DNA from: Gammaproteobacteria bacterium
GTDB taxonomy: Bacteria > Pseudomonadota > Gammaproteobacteria > UBA9214
Assembly (NCBI GenBank): GCA_003230545.1
Contig: QIFB01000002.1
Coordinates: 1 to 49,154, forward strand
Direction of reading: 5' to 3'
DNA: 49,154 nucleotides
Shown here: piece by piece, positions 42,610-49,154 of the stretch
Layout of the letters: every line of letters starts with the position of its first letter
Numbering within the stretch: position 1 is the stretch's first letter
The notes under the pieces: model-generated
Databases searched by the model: none
Told to the model about the DNA's origin: nothing
Seen by the model: only the letters and a program-made list of their open reading frames with translations
Made by a program: the position numbers and the translations under genes

Positions 42610-43149
42610 ATGAGTGAGGAAAAATCCACCCGTGAAAAATGGCTCGCTGCCTATGACGACATGATGGTGCGGGTAAAAACCGCCATCGAGGAAGCCGGGG
42701 AAGCCGCGGGCCCTGTCCTGCAGCGCTATATTCACAATGCCCGGGACACGGCCATCGAACTCGGCGAGCTGACGCGGGAAGAGGCCGATAAGATCGCCAC
42801 CTACCTGGAACGGGATGTCGCGGACGCCGGCAGGCACCTTGCAGACACCGGCCACCAGCTCGGCGACTGGCTGCGCTTCGATATCGACCTGATCGAGGAC
42901 CGCCTGCTGGATGCACTGTTACTGGCCGCCGACCACACCCGGCTGGAAATCCAGCAGTTCGAGCACGACATCCAGGAAGGGCCGGCATGGAATACCGGCG
43001 AGGTCACCGGACCTGGTACCCTGGTATGCGTATCCTGCGGCAGCATCATGCGCTTCCATGCCACCGGGTATATCCCGAACTGCCCCAATTGCGAGCACAC
43101 GGTGTTTCATCGCAAGACCGCCCGCGATGAGCTGGATGATAAAACGTAG
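42610..43149 (+). CDS. Zinc-ribbon DUF1451 protein (YbeL-like)
   Basis: About 179 aa with a helical N-terminal part and a C-terminal CxxC...CPNC zinc ribbon (LVCVSCGSIMRF...IPNCPNCEHTVF). Adjacent to and divergent from leuS, like E. coli ybeL. ATG 42610 has an AGGA RBS; alternative starts are 42601 and 42577. Confidence 0.7.
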   Translation: MSEEKSTREKWLAAYDDMMVRVKTAIEEAGEAAGPVLQRYIHNARDTAIELGELTREEADKIATYLERDVADAGRHLADTGHQLGDWLRFDIDLIEDRLLDALLLAADHTRLEIQQFEHDIQEGPAWNTGEVTGPGTLVCVSCGSIMRFHATGYIPNCPNCEHTVFHRKTARDELDDKT

Positions 43150-43185
43150 CCCGGATGCAGCGCAGCGATAAAGGGGCCGGATACA
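43146..43185. repeat. Single REP unit of the GTAGCCCGGAT family
   Basis: GTAGCCCGGATGCAGCGCAGCG... Its TAG is the stop codon of the preceding DUF1451 gene. Confidence 0.55.
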
Positions 43186-43200
43186 TTTTTCAAGATTGCG

Positions 43201-43286
43201 CGAAACAGGGGACAGACCACGTTTTTCCATGTGGAGGTACCGGTGCCAGACAAGGTAGAGAAAAACGTGGTCTGTCCCCTGTTTCG
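43201..43286. repeat. Perfect 26-bp inverted repeat with a 34-nt spacer
   Basis: CGAAACAGGGGACAGACCACGTTTTT (43201-43226) is the exact reverse complement of 43261-43286. The right arm encodes the start of the Dabb protein signal peptide. Confidence 0.85.
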
Positions 43287-43656
43287 GGCTACCCTCTGTT
43301 TTGTTTTTCTTGCCTGCCTGCCACTGGCCGCTCAAGCCAGCGACGACAGCGGAACCGTCGAGCACGTCGTCGTGGTGTGGCTGAAAACCCCCGGCGACCG
43401 TACAGCACAGCAACAGGTCATCCGTGCAAGCCAGTCACTGAAATCGATTCCCGGCGTGGTGTCACTGAAGGCCGGTACCATGATCCCGAGCGAACGCCCG
43501 ATCGTCGACAGCAGTTTCGATATCGCGCTGACCGTCACCTTCACGGATGAGCAGGCCATGCAGCACTACCTCACCCATCCGACCCACGTGCAGCTGCTCG
43601 AGGAAACCCTGAAACCGCTGGTCGATAAAATTCAGGTGTACGATTTTCGTTATTGA
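43267..43656 (+). CDS. Secreted Dabb (stress-responsive alpha/beta-barrel) domain protein
   Basis: Signal peptide VVCPLFRATLCFVFLACLPLAAQA is followed by VEHVVVVWLK...HPTHVQL...IQVYDF, typical of a Dabb domain. The GTG at 43267 is preceded by a GGTAGAG RBS-like sequence. The ORF-track start is GTG 43231. Confidence 0.65.
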   Translation: MVCPLFRATLCFVFLACLPLAAQASDDSGTVEHVVVVWLKTPGDRTAQQQVIRASQSLKSIPGVVSLKAGTMIPSERPIVDSSFDIALTVTFTDEQAMQHYLTHPTHVQLLEETLKPLVDKIQVYDFRY

Positions 43657-43657
43657 G

Positions 43658-43689
43658 GAATGCCTTTCCCCGCAGGGCGCGGGTTCTAC
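43658..43689. repeat. REP unit of the GTAGGACCGG family (inverted, slightly diverged)
   Basis: GGAATGCCTTTCCCCGCAGGGCGCGGGTTCTAC. Its first 17 nt are identical to 22599-22615. The lnt TAG stop lies in its GTAG head. Confidence 0.65.
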
Positions 43690-45191
43690 GTGGGATTCAT
43701 GCTGCTGCGTTTACGCGTCACAACCCGGGTTATTAACAGCAACACCACGCACAATACAATCACCGGCACATTACCGACCCGCACATACGGTGTGGCACCC
43801 TGGCGCGGTATCACGCTACCGGTCAGCACGATTTCCTCATCCTGCGCGCTGCGGGCCGTGATATTCCCGCGGTAATCGATGATTGCAGAGATACCGGTAT
43901 TGGTCGCGCGCAGCATCGGTCGCCCGGTCTCGCGTGCGCGCATACGCGCCATTTCCAGATGCTGGTGCGGCGCCAGTGACCTGCCGAACCAGGCATCGTT
44001 ACTGACATTGACCAGCATGGCCGCCTCAGGCAAGTCCCGGATGAGCTGCTCGCCGAAGATCACCTCGTAACAGATCGAGGTGGCGACCGGGTAGCCGGCC
44101 GCGAGCAACAGTGGCTGGCCGGCCTTGCCGCTGGTGAAGTCCGCATTCGGGACTGCCAGTGCATCCAGGGTGTGGCCGATCACGCCGCGCAACGGCAGGT
44201 ATTCACCATACGGGACCAGGTGCTGCTTGTGGTAGAACGAGCGGGTACCGTTGATCGAGATCACGCTGTTGTAATAATCCCAGGAGTCCCGATCGAGTAC
44301 CGGGATGCCGGTCAGCACTGTCATGTTGGCCGCACGCAGTTCCGTCTCGAGGTACGGGATAAAGGTGTCCTCGACCTGGTGGTAAAATGCGGGTATCGCC
44401 GTTTCCGGCCACACGACGATATCGACGTCCTGCAGTGCGAAAGTAGCACTCGAATAACGCTCCAGTATGGCCGCCAGGTTTGCCGGCGCCCACTTGTCCT
44501 CCTGTGCGATATTGCCCTGCACCAGAGCCACCTCCAGTGCGGCGCCGCGCGGCTGTGTCCACTCGACCCGCTCCAGCAGCAGTCCGCCGGCCCACAATGC
44601 AATCAACAGGCCGAAACTGAAGACACGTTTGCAGTCCCGGAGGATCGCCAGCAGCAGACCGGCGCTCACGGCCACCACCAGTCCGGTGCCGAACACGCCG
44701 GCCACCGGGGCAAAACCTGCCAGCGGACTGTCCACCTGGCTGCTGCCGATCGTCAGCCACGGAAACCCCGAAAACAGCCAGCCACGCACCCATTCACTGA
44801 GGATCCAGCCGGCCGGCAATGCCAGCACCATGAACGCCCAGCCCGGCTTCCCGGGTAGCAGGCGCCGGGTGCAATAACCAGCGCCCGCCGGGTACAGGCT
44901 CAGGAAGGCCACCAGCCCCGCCGTGACCAGCAGGGCGGGTACGACCGGCACATGGCCGTAATGATGGATACTGATATATACCCAGGAGATACCGGCCCCG
45001 AAGAAACCGAGCCCGAACAGGTAGCCATGCCGGAAAGCGCGGCGCGGCGTATCACCGAGCCAGCGGTTGAACAGGACGACAAGCGAGAGTAACACCAGCG
45101 GGTACCAGCCGAACGGGGCAAACGCCGTGACGGCGAGGGCGCCGGCAAGCAGCACAGTCAGCCAGCCAAACCGGTCAACAATTGCTGTCAC
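43686..45191 (-). CDS. lnt: Apolipoprotein N-acyltransferase
   Basis: 501 aa with a polytopic N-terminal half and a C-terminal C-N hydrolase domain (VVWPETA..., SICYE catalytic Cys). Its GTG start overlaps the corC stop. Confidence 0.9.
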   Translation of the reverse strand: MTAIVDRFGWLTVLLAGALAVTAFAPFGWYPLVLLSLVVLFNRWLGDTPRRAFRHGYLFGLGFFGAGISWVYISIHHYGHVPVVPALLVTAGLVAFLSLYPAGAGYCTRRLLPGKPGWAFMVLALPAGWILSEWVRGWLFSGFPWLTIGSSQVDSPLAGFAPVAGVFGTGLVVAVSAGLLLAILRDCKRVFSFGLLIALWAGGLLLERVEWTQPRGAALEVALVQGNIAQEDKWAPANLAAILERYSSATFALQDVDIVVWPETAIPAFYHQVEDTFIPYLETELRAANMTVLTGIPVLDRDSWDYYNSVISINGTRSFYHKQHLVPYGEYLPLRGVIGHTLDALAVPNADFTSGKAGQPLLLAAGYPVATSICYEVIFGEQLIRDLPEAAMLVNVSNDAWFGRSLAPHQHLEMARMRARETGRPMLRATNTGISAIIDYRGNITARSAQDEEIVLTGSVIPRQGATPYVRVGNVPVIVLCVVLLLITRVVTRKRSSMNPT

Positions 45192-46072
45192 AGTTCAGCG
45201 CTGGCTTCGACTTTCGATACTTCGACAGGTTTCGGCAACACGGTCAACTGCAGCATGTGCACACGCCGGTTGTCCGCGCGCAGAATCTTGAACAGCAGGT
45301 TATCAAAGACAACACGCTCGCCGCGCTTCGGCAAGTGCCCTATTTCATTGACAACCAGCCCGCCGATGGTATCGAATTCCTCGTCTGACAGGTGAGTACC
45401 GAAATATTCATTGAAGTCCTCGACCTGTGTGAGCGCCTTGATGGTGTAGTGCATATCGCTGTGTTTGCGGATGGTATCTTCCTCTTCCACATCGTGCTCG
45501 TCCTCGATCTCGCCGACAATCTGCTCCAGTACATCCTCGATGGTCACCATGCCGGCCACACCGCCATACTCGTCCACCACGATCGCCATGTGATTGCGAC
45601 TGGAACGAAATTCCTTCAGCAGAATATTGAGGCGCTTGCTCTCGGGAACAAAAATCGCGGGGCGCAGGATCTCGCGTACATTGAAACGCCCATCGGTCTG
45701 CTGGTAGGCGTGCAACAGCAGGTCCTTGGCCAGCAGGATACCAACCACCTCGTCCCGGCTGTCGGAAATTACCGGAAAGCGCGAGTGGCCGGACTCGACC
45801 ACGGTTCGCAGCAATACCTGCGGACTGGCATCACGGTCCAGCACCACGACCTGGGAACGCGGGATCATGATGTCACGCACCTGCATGTCATCGACCTGCA
45901 GCACGCCCTCGAGCATGCCCAGCAGATCAGCATCAAACAGGTTGTTCTGGTGGGAAGCACGCAGCAGCTCGACCAGCTGCTCGTTGTCGGTGGGCACCCG
46001 GGACAGCGCCGTCCTGATCCTGGCAAGCCAGGGGCGCCGACCGGGACCGTTGGGAGGTCGGTCTTTATTCAT
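45188..46072 (-). CDS. corC: CBS-pair / CorC_HlyC domain magnesium-cobalt efflux protein CorC (YbeX)
   Basis: 294 aa with a CBS pair (VRDIMIPR...) and a C-terminal transporter-associated domain. Sits in the ybeZ-ybeY-corC-lnt order. Confidence 0.9.
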   Translation of the reverse strand: MNKDRPPNGPGRRPWLARIRTALSRVPTDNEQLVELLRASHQNNLFDADLLGMLEGVLQVDDMQVRDIMIPRSQVVVLDRDASPQVLLRTVVESGHSRFPVISDSRDEVVGILLAKDLLLHAYQQTDGRFNVREILRPAIFVPESKRLNILLKEFRSSRNHMAIVVDEYGGVAGMVTIEDVLEQIVGEIEDEHDVEEEDTIRKHSDMHYTIKALTQVEDFNEYFGTHLSDEEFDTIGGLVVNEIGHLPKRGERVVFDNLLFKILRADNRRVHMLQLTVLPKPVEVSKVEASAEL

Positions 46073-46203
46073 TGAGTAACAGCTGGTTACCTCGATATCA
46101 TCAGGTTATTTGTCGACATGTGGAAGTCCATGCTTAACCACCGCCATGCCGCTATCTCAAGTGTATGGAAATTTGGGCAATATTGACAACTTGCCGGTGC
46201 GGG

Positions 46204-46674
46204 CTAGCTGTCAACGCGCGGCTGGTACGGGTCGGAAAACCCGATCTGTCCCAGCAGTTGCGCTTCCAGTCGTTCCATGTCCACGGCCTGTTCTGCTTGC
46301 TGGTGATCATGTCCGAGCAGGTGCAATACACCATGGATGGTGATGTGGGCCCAGTGCGCTTCCAGCGACTTGGATTGCGCTACCGCTTCCCGCGCTACGA
46401 CCGGTGCGCAGATCACGATATCTCCCAGCAGTCCGGACTCGACACCCGGCAGTGGCTGGTAGGGAAACGAGAGGACATTGGTGGCGCCGTCCTTGCCCCG
46501 GTAGCGGTAATTGAGCGCCGTGATCTCCGCTTCATCGACAATACGCAATGTCAGTTCGGAATCTGCAATCCGGTCCTGCAGGGCAAGCTGCAACCACTGG
46601 TACAATTGTGCCGTCGATGGCAGGCCATCTGCGATGATCGCACACTGAATGTTAATGTCGGCAGTTCTCGTCAT
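46204..46674 (-). CDS. ybeY: Endoribonuclease YbeY (rRNA maturation)
   Basis: 156 aa with the zinc motif HGVLHLLGHDH. Confidence 0.9.
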   Translation of the reverse strand: MTRTADINIQCAIIADGLPSTAQLYQWLQLALQDRIADSELTLRIVDEAEITALNYRYRGKDGATNVLSFPYQPLPGVESGLLGDIVICAPVVAREAVAQSKSLEAHWAHITIHGVLHLLGHDHQQAEQAVDMERLEAQLLGQIGFSDPYQPRVDS

Positions 46675-46691
46675 GTAGCGTCAGTTATACC

Positions 46692-46792
46692 GTAGCCCGG
46701 ATGGAGCATGGCGGAATCCGGGGAACTTGTTTGCAACAGCTTCCCGGATTCCGGCCTTCGGCCTCCATCCGGGCTACGACTATCCGGGCTAC
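46692..46792. repeat. REP cluster of the GTAGCCCGGAT family (direct, inverted, plus a partial unit)
   Basis: GTAGCCCGGATGGAGCATGGCGGAATCCGGGG (46692-46723), inverted CCCGGATTCCGGCCTTCGGCCTCCATCCGGGCTAC (46743-46776), and partial ATCCGGGCTAC (46782-46792). Lies in the ybeZ-ybeY spacer. Confidence 0.75.
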
Positions 46793-46797
46793 AACTG

Positions 46798-47853
46798 TCA
46801 GTCCGAACGATCATGGGATTCATAGGCCGAGATAATACGCTGTACCAACGGGTGCCGTACAACATCCTGCGAGGTAAAAAAGGTAAAGCTGATGCCCTGC
46901 TCGTCACTGAGCACATCGATCACCTGGCGCAGCCCGGACGGTGTCTGCTTGGGCAGGTCCACCTGGGTTATATCGCCGGTAACCACGGCCGTGGAACCGA
47001 ACCCGATGCGGGTTAGAAACATTTTCATTTGTTCAGCCGTTGTGTTCTGCCCTTCATCAAGAATGATAAAGGCATCGTTCAGGCTGCGGCCGCGCATGAA
47101 GGCCAATGGCGCCACCTCGATCACATTGCGCCCGATCAGCCTGGCGACACGGTCCAGTCCCAGCATTTCGTAAAGCGCGTCATACAGCGGGCGCAGATAC
47201 GGGTCGACTTTCTGGGTCAGATCACCCGGCAGAAACCCGAGCCGCTCGCCAGCCTCGACCGCAGGCCGCACCAGCACCAGGCGGCTGACCTTTTCCTGCT
47301 CCAGCGCCTGCACGGCACAGGCCACTGCGAGATAGGTCTTGCCGGTACCCGCCGGCCCGATCCCGAAGTTCAGGTCGTTCTTGAGGATGTTCTGCTGATA
47401 ATGCTTCTGGTTGACACCGCGCGGTGATATTGCGCGGCCGGGCGTGTGGATCACCAGCCCGTCATCCCTCACCGCCACACCGGTGACCTTCTCGTTGGCG
47501 CTGGCCTGGCCGGCGCCGGCCTCCTGCAGGAACAGGTGGATTTTCTCGGGCGACAGCCCTCCCGTGCCGGTTTCGGCATACAGGCCCTTGAGGATGCTGC
47601 CGGCACGCTTTACCGCAGCGGTATCGCCGATAATGCGAAAGTCGTTGCCGCGGCTGCTGATCTCCACTCCGAGGCGCTGCTCGAGCTGGTGCAGGTGATC
47701 ATCGAACTGCCCGCACAACTCGGCGAGACGCTCGTTGTCCGCAGGCTCCAGGGACAGGTCGATGGAATGAATCCGGGAATTCAAATCGGTATCAGGCGAT
47801 AGTGGCCACTGCCCCCTTGCTGGTGGACTCTTCTGTTGAGACAACCTCACCAC
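46798..47853 (-). CDS. ybeZ: PhoH-like ATPase YbeZ
   Basis: Walker [12 protein letters not shown] and PhoH-like sequence throughout. Start is uncertain. GTG 47853 overlaps miaB by about 60 nt. TTG 47784 ([17 protein letters not shown]...) fits the usual N-terminus but has no clear RBS. Confidence 0.88.
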   Translation of the reverse strand: MVRLSQQKSPPARGQWPLSPDTDLNSRIHSIDLSLEPADNERLAELCGQFDDHLHQLEQRLGVEISSRGNDFRIIGDTAAVKRAGSILKGLYAETGTGGLSPEKIHLFLQEAGAGQASANEKVTGVAVRDDGLVIHTPGRAISPRGVNQKHYQQNILKNDLNFGIGPAGTGKTYLAVACAVQALEQEKVSRLVLVRPAVEAGERLGFLPGDLTQKVDPYLRPLYDALYEMLGLDRVARLIGRNVIEVAPLAFMRGRSLNDAFIILDEGQNTTAEQMKMFLTRIGFGSTAVVTGDITQVDLPKQTPSGLRQVIDVLSDEQGISFTFFTSQDVVRHPLVQRIISAYESHDRSD

Positions 47854-49154
47854 GCAACGAGTTTGGCAGGGCCTCGGTTATTTTCACGTCCACGAATTTC
47901 CCGATGAGTGCCGGGTCGGCGTCGAAATTGACCACGCGGTTGTTTTCCGTACGGCCACTCAGCTGATCGGCACGCTTGCGCGAAAATTTTTCGACCAGCA
48001 CGCGCTCAATATTACCGACCATGGCTGTACTGATCTCCGCTGCCATAACATTGTTACACTGCTGCAGTCGCGCCAGCCGCCGTTTCTTGACATCCAGCGA
48101 CACGTCGTCGGGCAGGCCGGCCGCCGGTGTGCCGGGACGGGCACTGTAGACAAAGCTGAAGGAATGATCGAAACCAATCTCCTCGATCAGCGCCATGGTG
48201 TCCTCGAAGTCCGCGTCCGTCTCTCCCGGAAAGCCGATAATAAAATCCGATGACAGGCTGATACCCGGACATGCCTTGCGCAGGCGCCGGATAATCGACT
48301 TGTATTCCAGTATCGTGTGGTTACGCTTCATCAGCGCGAGCACGCGGTCCGAGCCACTCTGGACCGGCAGGTGCAGGTGCCCGACCAGCTCCTGTACATC
48401 GGCATGGGCCTGGATCAGGCTGTCACTCATTTCCAGCGGGTGCGAGGTGGTATAACGGATACGGTCGATCCCGTCGACAGCGGCAATCCAGGTAATCAGC
48501 AATGCCAGGTCGGCGGTCTCGCCGTCATGCATTACGCCGCGGTAGGCGTTGACGTTCTGCCCGAGCAGCGTAATTTCCCGCACGCCCTGTTCGGCGAGTG
48601 CCGCGACCTCGGCGATGAGGTCATCAAACGGGCGGCTGACTTCCTCGCCGCGCGTGTACGGCACCACGCAGAAACTGCAATACTTGCTGCAACCCTCCAT
48701 CACCGATACAAAGGCCGTGGGACCCTCAGCCTTTGGCGCCGGCAGGGAATCGAACTTCTCGATCTCGGGAAAACTCACATCGATCACCGGAAGCCGTGCG
48801 CGGCGGGCTTCGTCCAGCATGGCCGGCAGGCGATGCAGGGTCTGCGGGCCGAACACCAGGTCGACACAGGGTGCGCGCTCGCGCAAGGCCGCGCCCTCCT
48901 GGCTGGCGACACAGCCACCGACACCGATGACCATGTCCGGACGGTTATCCTTGAGCTCCTTCCAGCGGCCGAGCTCGGAGAACACCTTCTCCTGCGCCTT
49001 CTCGCGAATCGAGCAGGTATTCAGCAACAGCACGTCGGCTGCGGCCGGATCATCCGTCACCTCGAGTTGATGTGATGCGGCCAGCACGTCCGCCATTTTC
49101 GACGAGTCATACTCGTTCATCTGGCAACCGTGGGTCTTGATATAAAGCTTGCGG
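47792..49154 (-). CDS. miaB: tRNA-2-methylthio-N6-dimethylallyladenosine synthase MiaB (5' end runs off the window)
   Basis: Radical-SAM motif [15 protein letters not shown] and a TRAM C-terminus. The frame stays open upstream of the first ATG ([16 protein letters not shown], the conserved N-terminal Cys motif), so the true start lies beyond 49154. Confidence 0.92.
   Translation of the reverse strand, partial: RKLYIKTHGCQMNEYDSSKMADVLAASHQLEVTDDPAAADVLLLNTCSIREKAQEKVFSELGRWKELKDNRPDMVIGVGGCVASQEGAALRERAPCVDLVFGPQTLHRLPAMLDEARRARLPVIDVSFPEIEKFDSLPAPKAEGPTAFVSVMEGCSKYCSFCVVPYTRGEEVSRPFDDLIAEVAALAEQGVREITLLGQNVNAYRGVMHDGETADLALLITWIAAVDGIDRIRYTTSHPLEMSDSLIQAHADVQELVGHLHLPVQSGSDRVLALMKRNHTILEYKSIIRRLRKACPGISLSSDFIIGFPGETDADFEDTMALIEEIGFDHSFSFVYSARPGTPAAGLPDDVSLDVKKRRLARLQQCNNVMAAEISTAMVGNIERVLVEKFSRKRADQLSGRTENNRVVNFDADPALIGKFVDVKITEALPNSLRGEVVSTEESTSKGAVATIA

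Overview
GC-rich gammaproteobacterial chromosomal core DNA, almost fully occupied by housekeeping operons in a Pseudomonas/Chromatiales-like order. On the minus strand after a partial HtrA-family protease 3' end: hisC-hisD-hisG-murA-mlaB-mlaD-mlaE-mlaF. On the plus strand: yrbG-kdsD-kdsC-lptC-lptA-lptB-rpoN-hpf-ptsN-hprK-rapZ-EIIA(Man)-HPr-EI, then mgtE. Next come divergent pmbA/yjgA and a small patch (4-TM membrane protein, NMO oxidoreductase, hotdog thioesterase, acetylornithine-type transcarbamylase, DUF2934 protein). The rest is minus-strand tldD-nit-yhdP-rng-maf, rlmH-rsfS-nadD-proA-holA-lptE-leuS, plus-strand ybeL-like and Dabb proteins, and minus-strand lnt-corC-ybeY-ybeZ-miaB (truncated at the window edge). 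I saw no rRNA, tRNA, CRISPR array, IS/transposase, prophage or recognisable defence genes. The unusual content is non-coding. (1) Three copies of a 330-395 bp nested-palindromic intergenic element have invariant cores, compensatory stem changes and four or more small hairpins whose loops read CAGGGAUG, matching the CsrA/RsmA high-affinity consensus. This is the best candidate for something undescribed. (2) There are several REP-like palindrome families, and the conserved GTAG head supplies the TAG stop codon of five genes. (3) yhdP is interrupted by two opposite frame shifts about 190 nt apart. (4) murA has no canonical start codon at the expected N-terminus. All functional calls come from reading the supplied translations and from synteny; no database search was possible.
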